From Thermoplasmatales archaeon (GTDB taxonomy: Archaea > Thermoplasmatota > E2 > UBA202 > JdFR-43), in contig JACIWA010000003.1 of the NCBI GenBank assembly GCA_014361195.1, positions 43,681-107,680 on the forward strand: a DNA stretch of 64,000 nucleotides. The letters are read 5' to 3'. The notes beneath the pieces were generated by a model, which had not been told where the DNA came from, ran no database searches, and saw only the letters and a program-made list of their open reading frames with translations. A program made the translations under genes and the position numbers. Shown piece after piece: positions 50,265 through 59,965 of this stretch (positions within the stretch are counted from its first letter, which is position 1; every line of letters starts with the position of its first letter).

Positions 50265-51531
50265 TGCACCACTCCCCCGCCCTGCATGCGGCAGCGCTTG
50301 CCTGATAAACACTTTCTGTTATATCTTTAGGGGCACAGCAACAACCTGCTGCATATATTCCTTTCCTTGTTGTTTCAACACCATTTGTTTTAATGAACCC
50401 ATGTTCATCAAGCTCTATTCCAAGGATTTTTGAAATTTCTGAATTGGTATCTGATGGCATTATAGGGGTTGCAAGAATAACCATTTCTACTTCAAGCTCT
50501 TTCACCTTCCCCTCATTTTCATCTTCATAATATATTATCAAATTTTTAGTATTTTTATCCTCAATTATTTCTCCTGGACGAGCATGTATATATGTAATTT
50601 TATAATCCTTCTCCCCTCTTTTGCTATACTCATAAAATCTTTTGCTAAAGATTCTTAAATCTGAATAAAATATGAAGGACTCAATATCATTATAATGCTC
50701 ATTTGCTAGCATTGCACTTTTTATAGATACCATACAGCAAACAGAAGAGCACCATCTGCATCTTCTAACATCTCTTGAGCCTACACATTGAATAAATGCA
50801 ATCTTTTTAGGTCTTCTTCCATCAGGAGCACATTTCAAATGTCCATGAGTTGGACCAGATGCGTTTATAAGCCTTTCATATTCAATCCAAGTATGAACAT
50901 TTGCAAATTTTCCATAGCCATATTCTTTTATATCATATGGCTCATATGCTTTTAAACCCGTAGCAACAATTATTGAAGCAACTTCAATTTCAATTGTTTT
51001 ATCTTCCTGACTATAATCTATTGCTTTTGCCTTGCATATTTTCTGACATAGCCCGCACCTATTCTTAGTTAATTTCAGGCAATATCTCTTATCAATTGTT
51101 GCTTTCCTTGGAACCGCTTGAGGAAATGGAAGAAAAATTGCCTTTCTTTTATCGATATAGTTATTATATTCATTTGGCACTTCTGTAGGACATTTTTCCA
51201 TGCAATCACCGCATCCAGTGCATTTGCTAGCATCAACATATTTTGCCCTCCTCTTCACTTTAACCTTAAAATTTCCCGCATTTCCATTAAGCCCAACAAC
51301 TTCAGAATATTCAAGTATCTCTATATTTGGATGAGATGCACATTCATTCATTTTAGGAGCAAGAATGCATATACTGCAGTCATTTGTTGACATTGTCTTA
51401 TCTAACAAAGCCATCCTCCCACCGATGCTGGGCTCCTTTTCAACTAAATAAACATGTATACCTCTATCCGCTAAATCAAGCGCCGCCTGAATGCCCGCAA
51501 CCCCTCCGCCAATAACAAGCACGCTTTTCAT
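50257..51531 (-). CDS. Heterodisulfide reductase subunit A-like flavoprotein (HdrA/QmoA-like)
   Basis: 424 aa; FAD motif VIGGGVAGIQAALDLA, DCSICILAPK, HdrA Cys signature CVGSRDVRRCRWCSSVCC, one ferredoxin-type CTGCGDCMEKCP motif. Confidence 0.8.
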   Translation of the reverse strand: MKSVLVIGGGVAGIQAALDLADRGIHVYLVEKEPSIGGRMALLDKTMSTNDCSICILAPKMNECASHPNIEILEYSEVVGLNGNAGNFKVKVKRRAKYVDASKCTGCGDCMEKCPTEVPNEYNNYIDKRKAIFLPFPQAVPRKATIDKRYCLKLTKNRCGLCQKICKAKAIDYSQEDKTIEIEVASIIVATGLKAYEPYDIKEYGYGKFANVHTWIEYERLINASGPTHGHLKCAPDGRRPKKIAFIQCVGSRDVRRCRWCSSVCCMVSIKSAMLANEHYNDIESFIFYSDLRIFSKRFYEYSKRGEKDYKITYIHARPGEIIEDKNTKNLIIYYEDENEGKVKELEVEMVILATPIMPSDTNSEISKILGIELDEHGFIKTNGVETTRKGIYAAGCCCAPKDITESVYQASAAACRAGEWCNA

Positions 51532-52586
51532 ATTGCTTCTCCAATTGCTTCAACAAAATCCTTTACTTCGAGCTCATAATTTTCATGACTCATGGTACAT
51601 AGGAAATGAATTTTGCATTTGGGACAGGTTGTTATTAGCATTTTTGATTGCTGTTCCGCTTCTAAAAGCCTTTCTTTCCTTATTTGCTCCGCCTTCCAAT
51701 CACAGGCCATCCATGCGGAAGTGGAACAACAAATTGCTTTCTCTTTTGAATGGGACATTTCTTTTATTTCATATCCCGCATTCCTTAATGCTTCTCTTGG
51801 CTCTTCATAAATTCCTAGATGGCGACCTAATCTACAGGAATCATGGAATGTGCACTCTTTATTTAAATTTCCCTCAATTTTGCTATTTTTAAGGAATTCA
51901 GAAATATGCATCATTTCAATGCCAGCTTTGTAATCATATTTAAAAGTTCTATAGCATTCAGGGCAGGAGAATATTATTTTTTCAAAATTTTTTATTTTTT
52001 CCATGTTCTTTTTCTTCATCTTTTCAAAAATCTCATTATTTCCATTCCATAATGCGTCATGCCCACAGCATGAAAATAAAACAGCGGGAGCAATGTCAAA
52101 ATAATTCAAAATTTTTATTGTGTTTTCTGCAATTGAAATTCCACTGAATCCGATATTTTCAAAAAATACATCATACAATGGCAGACAGCCAGCAAAATAA
52201 AGAATTTTTGATTTTTCATCTATTTCTACATTTTTTATGCTAAAATTTAAATCATTTTTTTCAAATAGAATGGGCAATTTTCCAAAAATATTTTCATGAG
52301 CTGGAATTCCAAAATTTTTATTTTCCATTGCAATCTCTCTCACTTTTCTTATAAAAGATAAAAAATCAACACCAGATGGACATATTTCCTCACAAATTCC
52401 ACATGTCAAACATTTCCATATATCATTTGAATAAACCAATTCATCTTCTATACCTATAAGAGATCTTTCAACAATGCTTGCAGGAGAGAATTTGCCATAA
52501 ACTCTTGTAACAGGGCATGCGGAGCTACATTTCCTGCATTCAACACAATAGTATGCCTTACTCTCATTTACTATCTCTTTAATCAT
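51528..52586 (-). CDS. HdrC/HdrB-like fusion protein (2x[4Fe-4S] ferredoxin domain + CCG cysteine-rich domains)
   Basis: Two CxxCxxCxxxCP motifs (CVECRKCSSACP, CLTCGICEEICP) followed by CCG-domain-like Cys patterns (FAGC, SCCGHD, HDSCRLGRH, CCSTS); start placed at MIKEIV (8-nt overlap with the upstream ferredoxin); a longer start at 52637 is possible. Confidence 0.7.
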   Translation of the reverse strand: MIKEIVNESKAYYCVECRKCSSACPVTRVYGKFSPASIVERSLIGIEDELVYSNDIWKCLTCGICEEICPSGVDFLSFIRKVREIAMENKNFGIPAHENIFGKLPILFEKNDLNFSIKNVEIDEKSKILYFAGCLPLYDVFFENIGFSGISIAENTIKILNYFDIAPAVLFSCCGHDALWNGNNEIFEKMKKKNMEKIKNFEKIIFSCPECYRTFKYDYKAGIEMMHISEFLKNSKIEGNLNKECTFHDSCRLGRHLGIYEEPREALRNAGYEIKEMSHSKEKAICCSTSAWMACDWKAEQIRKERLLEAEQQSKMLITTCPKCKIHFLCTMSHENYELEVKDFVEAIGEAI

Positions 52587-53049
52587 TTTTAACACCAAAT
52601 AAATGGATAATTTTTGAAAATTTTTTGAATTTTTCACTATCTGAAATCTTATCAGAAAAAATGCATTTCCTAACCTCTATTTTTTTCCCCTCATATAACT
52701 TTTCAATTGCAATTCCGATATCAAATCTTCTCTCGCAAAAAATTACTGAATTTTCCTTCTCAATAAATTCATACAAGCATTTTTCACATTCAAATTCATT
52801 TACTTCAATTTTTTCAGATAAATAAAAAAATGATTCATCTTGTATGTGATATATGGCGGAAGATGGACATGAAGCAACACATACACCACAACCCTTGCAT
52901 GAAATATCATTAACCGAGACAATTTTTTTCTCTTTATCATATGAGAAGCAATCGCATATTGATAAACATATTCTGCATTTTGAGCATTTTTCTTGATCTA
53001 TTGAGACTGGAAATTGTTTATAAAGGAGCATCGCTGAAATAATTCGCAT
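52579..53049 (-). CDS. 4Fe-4S ferredoxin-domain protein
   Basis: 156 aa; CSKCRICLSIC and CKGCGVCVASCP cluster motifs plus additional Cys pairs. Confidence 0.6.
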   Translation of the reverse strand: MRIISAMLLYKQFPVSIDQEKCSKCRICLSICDCFSYDKEKKIVSVNDISCKGCGVCVASCPSSAIYHIQDESFFYLSEKIEVNEFECEKCLYEFIEKENSVIFCERRFDIGIAIEKLYEGKKIEVRKCIFSDKISDSEKFKKFSKIIHLFGVKND

Positions 53050-53074
53050 CTCTTATTTATTATTTACTTTGACA

Positions 53075-53845
53075 TTAAATAGCATGCTTATATTTAGCAT
53101 ACTCAAAAACTGGCCCATCAATACATGAATAATAACTTCCAACAATACAATGCCCACATTTACCTATTCCACATTTCATTCTTCTCTCAACCGATAGATA
53201 GATTTTTTCTTCATTTGCTCCCCTTTTTATAGCTCTTTCTATAACTGGTTTAAACATTGCGGGAGGGCCACATATCAGAATATATTCATTTCCATCAAAG
53301 ACTATTTCATCCAATAGCTCAGTCACAAACCCTCTTCTTGCTCCTTCTTTTTCAAAAATTTCATATACTTCAGCATGTCTCTTCCATTCCTCAATTTCTT
53401 CCTGAAATAGCATATCTCGCCTGCTTCTTGCCCCAAAAAGAATTCTCAACTGATTATAAATTTTTGAATGAATTGCTTCCTTTATAAAACTTCTTAAAGG
53501 TAATATACCGAGGCCTCCAATTATTGCAACAATATCTTTTCCTTTCAATTTTTCCATCGGAAAACCATTTCCAAAAGGTCCTCTATAAAAGATATATTCA
53601 ATTTTATCTAAATTGTAAAGAAAGGAGGTTGCTCTTCCAACATTTCTTACACAAATTTCAAAAAAATTTTTTTCATATGGAGGAGAACATATTGAGATGG
53701 GAAATTCTCCAATTCCAGCAAGAGATATTTCAACAAATTGCCCAGGAATAAAATTAAAATTTTCCGCTTCAATCCTTAAAAATTTTTTATCATCTATCTT
53801 CTTATTTTCTATTACCCTCCCTTTTACTGGCATGAATGGGTTCAT
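53075..53845 (-). CDS. NfnA/PyrK/sulfhydrogenase-gamma-like FAD-NAD(P)H oxidoreductase subunit with C-terminal [2Fe-2S] motif
   Basis: 256 aa ferredoxin-reductase fold (VAIIGGLGILP, ICGPPAM) and C-terminal CGIGKCGHC...C cluster. Confidence 0.75.
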   Translation of the reverse strand: MNPFMPVKGRVIENKKIDDKKFLRIEAENFNFIPGQFVEISLAGIGEFPISICSPPYEKNFFEICVRNVGRATSFLYNLDKIEYIFYRGPFGNGFPMEKLKGKDIVAIIGGLGILPLRSFIKEAIHSKIYNQLRILFGARSRRDMLFQEEIEEWKRHAEVYEIFEKEGARRGFVTELLDEIVFDGNEYILICGPPAMFKPVIERAIKRGANEEKIYLSVERRMKCGIGKCGHCIVGSYYSCIDGPVFEYAKYKHAI

Positions 53846-53868
53846 TGGTGTAATATTTGCGGATATAT

Positions 53869-55104
53869 TTATTTTTTAACAGCGGATTTAATGGCTGGCT
53901 CTCCTCCCGCATGCCAGCTTCTCCTCGGTCTTATTTTTACTAAATGACTTACTTCTGTTATATCATCAACTATTAATGCAACCCCTTTTTCACTCCCCAT
54001 TTTCTTAATTGCCTCTCCTATACTCTCCCTCATATAAGTGGGTCTCACATTATTCATCGCATCAATATCCTCTTGTGAGGTCAAACGATGGCAAATTATT
54101 ATATCCGCATGAGAAAGCACTTCCGCGTCCATTGAACTAACTCTTTGTGTAGCCAGAATTAAGCTAAGGCCCGGCTGGCGCCCCTGGCGGAGCCATTTCC
54201 TGATGAAAACATCTTTTGTTATCTTATCTTCTTTTGGCAGAAAAATGTGAGCTTCATCTATTGCAAGCCATATGAAAGGCAGATTTTGCTGGGTTTGAGA
54301 AATTCCCATTTCTCTTTCCTCATCTCTTTTTCTTTCAATAATCCTTTCATAAAAAATAATTTCTCCTAAGATGCTTAAAATTACTTCCTTTATGCTCTCA
54401 TCATAAGCGCTTAGATCAATTATAGATATTTTTCCTTTTTTGGCTATATCCGCCAGATTTATTCCTTCTTTACCAAATATTTTCAAATTTTTTGCCATGA
54501 TAAAAAAATTTATGCAGGCCAACTTAGTTTCTTTGCTTATCTCATCATCATTCCTTATTTTCTCTATTACATCATCTATACTATATTTCCCCTCCATATC
54601 ACCTATTGCTCTTGATATCGCAACTCCTTCCGCAGAAAGAGAGGATATTCCAAAGAGCCTGCACCAGTGAAATGGCTTAAGGAAGGATGTAGCTATTAAA
54701 ATTTCTTTTGCATCTATTCCAAATCTCCTGTAATAATTCACCAGCTCAGGAGATGAAAATATTTCAATTTCCACCCCGCTCGCCTCAATTCCCCATCTCT
54801 CCAATTTTTCCTCCTCCTTCCTGTTCGGGAAAATACTGGACCAAAATATTCCTAATGTGTCCGCAACAATAAAGGAAATATTTTTCCTTATTTCTTCATC
54901 AAGAGAATAAAATTCCTCAAGGAGAACTCCTATAGTATATGATTTTCCATACCCTCTTTTCCCGCATAAAAAAATCACATGTGGCTTTGAAATGTCCAAA
55001 TACACGGGCGCCCCGAGCGAGCCATCCAGCGCATAATATCTCCCAATATTCAAAACCGCTTTTTCATTTCCTTCTTTAGCCCCCAGGATATATTTTCTAT
55101 CCAT
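53869..55104 (-). CDS. HerA/FtsK-like P-loop ATPase (DUF87 family)
   Basis: 411 aa; Walker A HVIFLCGKRGYGKSYT, Walker B IWLAIDEAHIF, arginine-finger region RQGRQPGLSLILATQRVS. Confidence 0.65.
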   Translation of the reverse strand: MDRKYILGAKEGNEKAVLNIGRYYALDGSLGAPVYLDISKPHVIFLCGKRGYGKSYTIGVLLEEFYSLDEEIRKNISFIVADTLGIFWSSIFPNRKEEEKLERWGIEASGVEIEIFSSPELVNYYRRFGIDAKEILIATSFLKPFHWCRLFGISSLSAEGVAISRAIGDMEGKYSIDDVIEKIRNDDEISKETKLACINFFIMAKNLKIFGKEGINLADIAKKGKISIIDLSAYDESIKEVILSILGEIIFYERIIERKRDEEREMGISQTQQNLPFIWLAIDEAHIFLPKEDKITKDVFIRKWLRQGRQPGLSLILATQRVSSMDAEVLSHADIIICHRLTSQEDIDAMNNVRPTYMRESIGEAIKKMGSEKGVALIVDDITEVSHLVKIRPRRSWHAGGEPAIKSAVKK

Positions 55105-55139
55105 AAAATATATATTTAAACAATAAATTAATTTTTTGA

Positions 55140-57236
55140 ATGAATTATAGGATAATTAAGGAAGGGGGACTTAACTTAATTGAAATAGATTGCTATTCAT
55201 GTAATTATTCCTCCTCTCTTTTGGATGAAAACTGTAGGAGAGAATTGATTGAAATAATTGGAAGGGAAGGAAAAATCGATAGAATAAAATTAAATCATTA
55301 TTTTGTGAAGATAATAGAAGGAGAGGCTCTGGAAAATCTTTTTGAGATTTCAAAATTCAAGGAAGAATTGTCCTCTCTTAGAGCAAATGATTGCAATGAT
55401 TGTATTTTTAGCAAAGAAATAAAGGGTATATTGGAATTGGCTGATAAAGATCAGATAAAATCTTTTTTTAGTCTCTCAAATCTATTTTATAAACTTAAGA
55501 AACCTTTTATTTTCAGAAAAGAAGAATGCGAGGAATGTAGGAGTGAAAATTTAAGGAAGATGGAGAATATAATAAGAAAATTTGAGAAATTGAGGCATAT
55601 CTCTTATGAAGATATAAGAATTTATCTAAGGCCAATATTTTTTGATACATCAATTGAATATACTCCTCCAAATGATGCAATTTTTATTAAAAGTTATGAA
55701 ATAAAAAGAGAAAGAGGTTCAATAAAAGTTTCTCTGTATGAATTAAAAAGAAGAGCGGAGAAATTATATTTTATCATACCTCCAGAGTATAATATAAATC
55801 TGGAGGAACTTAAAATACTTATTAAAGCAAAGGAAAAGCTTGCAAAACACAGACCACCAGATACTTCATTCATGGATCCTGAAAGGACGAGGGAATATTT
55901 TTACAGGTTTGGAAAGGAAAAGATAATAGAGATAGCAAAAAATATAAATTATAAGATCAGTAGCGAAAAAATAGATTTTTTGGCGGATATATTTGCAAAA
56001 TACACATCTGGGTTTGGAATACTTGAAGATTTACTGGCGGATAAAAAAATACAGGATATTTATATAAATGCTCCAGTGAGTTACAATCCCCTGCACATAG
56101 TACTTGAGGGAGAAGAATATGTAACAAATATCTATTTTTCGGAGAATGATATCGAAGCACTTTCATCGCGCCTTAGAAGCCTTAGCGGAAGAGGTTTTTC
56201 TGAGGCAATTCCAGTGATGGATGTTGGGCTCCCTGAATATGACTCACGTATAACCGCAATTTCTCCTCCAATAACTCCAAAAGGAATAGCATTTGCAATA
56301 AGGAGACATTCAAGCGAGCTATGGACTCTCCCAAAATTTATTTCATGCAAGATGCTCTCTCCTTTAGCTGCGGGCATGCTGAGCTTCTTTATTGATGGGC
56401 AGGCGACAATTCTAATTGCGGGCTCGAGGGGGGCGGGCAAAACCTCTTTGCTATCTTCTCTAATGCTTGAGATACCGCAGAGGTATAGGATATTAACTAT
56501 AGAAGATACGCCTGAGTTGCCAGTTGATGAATTGCAGAGGTTGGGATATAAGATTCAATCTCTCGTCACTAAATCAGCTGTCAGTAACGAAGGTATAGAT
56601 GAAAAAACCGCAATTAAAACCGCTTTAAGATTGGGTGAATCAGTTATAATTCTTGGGGAAGTTCGTGGGGAGGAGGCAAAAATATTGTTTGAGGCAATGA
56701 GGATAGGGGCAGCTGGAAATTTAGTTATGGGAACAATTCATGGCTCAACTTCAAGAGATGTTTTTGATAGAATTGTTTATGATATTGGCGTGCCACCAGT
56801 TTCATTCAAAGCAACAGATGTGGTTGTAATTGCTTCACCAATAAGAGTAGGTGGTGGAATTGAAAGATTGAGAAGGGTTATACAAATATCTGAGGTTAGT
56901 AAGAAGTGGGAAAGGGAGGATGTTGATAAAATTTTTTATGATATAATGCAATATGATTACTCAAAGGATATGCTTGAGGCAACAGATATTTTTTATATGG
57001 GACAATCAGAAATAATAGGGAAAATAGCAAGAAAATGGGGAATCCGCATGGAGGATGCAATAGAAAATATAAAAATGAGGGCAAGGATGAAAGAAAAAAT
57101 TGCTGAGATTGGAAAAACAGATGCAAAATTTGTAAGGGATGCAAACAATTTTTATTGGTCTTCTCTTGAAGAAACTAAAAATTTTTATGAAATCGAGGAA
57201 AAATGGAATGAATGGTTGAAGAAACATGCAATTTGA
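55140..57236 (+). CDS. Type II/IV secretion-family ATPase (archaeal type IV pilus / archaellum assembly ATPase, FlaI/PilB-like) with long Cys-rich N-terminal extension
   Basis: 698 aa; Walker A AGSRGAGKTS, RILTIEDTPEL, Walker B/His-box VIILGEVRGEE...GTIHGS; the N-terminal ~300 aa carry CxxC-type pairs (CYSC...C, CNDC, CEEC). Confidence 0.85.
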   Translation: MNYRIIKEGGLNLIEIDCYSCNYSSSLLDENCRRELIEIIGREGKIDRIKLNHYFVKIIEGEALENLFEISKFKEELSSLRANDCNDCIFSKEIKGILELADKDQIKSFFSLSNLFYKLKKPFIFRKEECEECRSENLRKMENIIRKFEKLRHISYEDIRIYLRPIFFDTSIEYTPPNDAIFIKSYEIKRERGSIKVSLYELKRRAEKLYFIIPPEYNINLEELKILIKAKEKLAKHRPPDTSFMDPERTREYFYRFGKEKIIEIAKNINYKISSEKIDFLADIFAKYTSGFGILEDLLADKKIQDIYINAPVSYNPLHIVLEGEEYVTNIYFSENDIEALSSRLRSLSGRGFSEAIPVMDVGLPEYDSRITAISPPITPKGIAFAIRRHSSELWTLPKFISCKMLSPLAAGMLSFFIDGQATILIAGSRGAGKTSLLSSLMLEIPQRYRILTIEDTPELPVDELQRLGYKIQSLVTKSAVSNEGIDEKTAIKTALRLGESVIILGEVRGEEAKILFEAMRIGAAGNLVMGTIHGSTSRDVFDRIVYDIGVPPVSFKATDVVVIASPIRVGGGIERLRRVIQISEVSKKWEREDVDKIFYDIMQYDYSKDMLEATDIFYMGQSEIIGKIARKWGIRMEDAIENIKMRARMKEKIAEIGKTDAKFVRDANNFYWSSLEETKNFYEIEEKWNEWLKKHAI

Positions 57237-59064
57237 AAAATTATGTAGAAAGGTTGTTGGAAAATTGAAAATAAAAGAGGAAGATAAAGAGAGAGTAAAT
57301 AAAAGAGTATCTAAGGAATTTTTAGATAGCTTGCATTTCACTGGAATTGACCTTGAACCCTATGAAATAATCTATTTTTCTTATATCTGCGCATTAATTT
57401 CTTTTTTAATTACATTCCTTATTTCTATTTCAATTTTTGCAATTTATGGTTTTTCAATAAGAAATATGGGTTTTTTAACAATTTTCTTGATAATTTTGCT
57501 TCTTTTTGTTTTTCCTCTTCTTTCATTGCACTATGTAAGTGAATACCCTAAAATAAAGGCAAAATATATGAAAGCACGCTCCCTGGGCGATATACCGGAG
57601 ATAATATCTTATCTTGTAATGTATCTAAAATTAGTTCCAAATTTAGAAAGAGCATTTAATTTTGCAGCAAAAGAGTCAAATTCTTCTCTTTCAAAAGATT
57701 TAAGGAAAATTATATGGGATCTACAGATAAGAATACATAAAAGTATAGATGATGCAATAACTTATTTTGCAAATTTATGGGGGGAATGGAATGAATATTT
57801 AAGGAGGGCAATTCATTTAATAAGAAATTCTGTAAAGGAAAAAGAAAATGAAAGAGTTGCTACATTAGATAGAGCTCTTGATGTTGTTCTGGAAGGAACA
57901 AGGGATTTAATGATTGATTTCTCCAATAAACTTCATCAGCCAACTCTTATAATATATTCTCTTGGCTTTATGCTCCCTATTGCAACAATGGCAATGCTTC
58001 CAGCGGTTAATGTAATCGGCCTCAGATTCTCTATCTTTCATATAATCATATTTTATGATATTCTTCTACCTGTTTTCCTGTTTTTTTATATAAGAAAAAT
58101 TCTTGCAAATCGCCCCGCAACTTTCAACCCACCTTCAATTCCATCAAAAAAAATCAGGAACATAAAAAATATCTTAATTTCAATTTTTCTTTTCCTTCCT
58201 TTCCTAGCCCTTTTTCTTCGTCCCCCTACTTCTCTCTTTTCTAAAAATTTTTTCCTGATATGGGGTGTGGCAATTTCAGTCTCGATTTACTGCCTCCTTA
58301 CCTATAACAAAGATAAAAAGGAAAGAGATAAAATAAGGAAAATGGAGAAAGAATTTGGTGACGCCCTCTATATCCTCGGCAGGAGGGTGGCGGAAGGCAA
58401 GCCCCCAGAAGAAGCATTTAATCATGTAGCCCAAGCAATGAAAGGCTCTACTATAGGAGAAGTTTTTGCAAAAGCATTTTATAATCTGATTTCCAGAAGG
58501 ATAAAAATTGAGAATGCGTTTTTTGATGAAGAATATGGAGCTCTTGCCAATGTTTATTCAGATAGAATAAAGGCTATAATAAAAATTTTTATAGAAGGAG
58601 TTAAGAAAAGCTATGAATATGCTGGAATTGCAATAGTTAAAATAGCGGATCATCTAAAACAGCTTCAGGATGTGGAAAAGAAAATAAGAGACAGCTTATC
58701 TTCAATAACTTCTTCTCTTCGTTCAACCGCGACATTTTTTGCTCCTTTGATAGGGGGAGTAACTCTTGGAATGACAAATCTAATGCAAAAAATTCTTTCT
58801 TCATTGAATTTTTCATTTTCTGAGGATGTAACAATTCCAATATTTGGAAAGATATTTTATGTTGAAACAACAGGTGATTTTGCTATTGTAATTGGAATCT
58901 ATATTATTCTTCTTGTATTTTTGATATTGAGGCTCGCAAATGGAATAGATGAGGGGGATGATAAAATAGAATATTTCTATGGAGTTGGAAAATCTCTCCC
59001 AATAGCGGTTTTCATTTTTACAATTTCCTCCGTGTTTTCTTACATGATTTTTTCAAGTTTATGA
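57226..59064 (+). CDS. Type II secretion system F-domain membrane platform protein (FlaJ/TadC/PilC-like)
   Basis: 612 aa polytopic membrane protein with two T2SSF-like cytoplasmic helical domains separated by TM blocks; overlaps the upstream ATPase gene. Confidence 0.8.
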   Translation: MQFEKLCRKVVGKLKIKEEDKERVNKRVSKEFLDSLHFTGIDLEPYEIIYFSYICALISFLITFLISISIFAIYGFSIRNMGFLTIFLIILLLFVFPLLSLHYVSEYPKIKAKYMKARSLGDIPEIISYLVMYLKLVPNLERAFNFAAKESNSSLSKDLRKIIWDLQIRIHKSIDDAITYFANLWGEWNEYLRRAIHLIRNSVKEKENERVATLDRALDVVLEGTRDLMIDFSNKLHQPTLIIYSLGFMLPIATMAMLPAVNVIGLRFSIFHIIIFYDILLPVFLFFYIRKILANRPATFNPPSIPSKKIRNIKNILISIFLFLPFLALFLRPPTSLFSKNFFLIWGVAISVSIYCLLTYNKDKKERDKIRKMEKEFGDALYILGRRVAEGKPPEEAFNHVAQAMKGSTIGEVFAKAFYNLISRRIKIENAFFDEEYGALANVYSDRIKAIIKIFIEGVKKSYEYAGIAIVKIADHLKQLQDVEKKIRDSLSSITSSLRSTATFFAPLIGGVTLGMTNLMQKILSSLNFSFSEDVTIPIFGKIFYVETTGDFAIVIGIYIILLVFLILRLANGIDEGDDKIEYFYGVGKSLPIAVFIFTISSVFSYMIFSSL

Positions 59065-59965
59065 ATAAAGATGTCTATTTTGCAAAATCTTTTCATAGAT
59101 TACCAATCTCTTCAAGCGCTTCTGACAATTATTGCATTAGCCATATTCGCCCGCATTCACAATTCCCTTAATAATCATTTTGATATTACCCCCAATAATC
59201 TCTAATTTAACCAAAAGAATAAAGAAGGCAGTTTATTCCCATTTCATTGCATTTCCGGATGACTCTTTTAGAAAAATCGCTAGCAATTATCACTCCCGCA
59301 ATACATTTATGAAATCGAGCAATAGGGATAGAATCTTTGATAAGAATGTCCACATGTAACTCTGGCAAGGCTTTTTCACCAAGGAATTCCAAATCTTTTG
59401 GACTTATAAAAGATTGGAATAAGAATTCCTTAAAGTAAAAAATTCAGGTGGTGAGACAAGAGATTTGTTCCATGTAAGAAAATTGTAAATACTTCATAAT
59501 TATCGCTCCGAAAAAATGTGTTTTTCTGTAACCTCCTCTTAAAAGCAAATTTTCCGCAACATAAGCAAACTCTGGCCTTACCATAGGTTCAACAAATTCA
59601 AGGAGTGGTTTTAAATAGAGGTGAAAAAGAAAATAATAGGTTTCCTCTCTAACCTACTATTGCAGCATATAAAAAAGAGATATACTCTCCTGTTTGAATG
59701 TTTGTGAATGCCCATAATCCATTTATACTATTTGTAAACCCTGCAAGAGATATTTTATACATAAATCCAAATTGGTTCTATTTGATACAGAAATTAAAAA
59801 GTAAGACATATTATTCACCCTTGCCAAGTTTTATCTCCTTAAATATAACTTTTTAAATCTTAATGAATTTTGTTTAACCTTAAATTGGCAAAATTACCCA
59901 CTTTAAGCTACTTCACTCATGCAAAATCTTATCTATTAGTTTCTTATTTCTTTTTTGGTGTAAAG

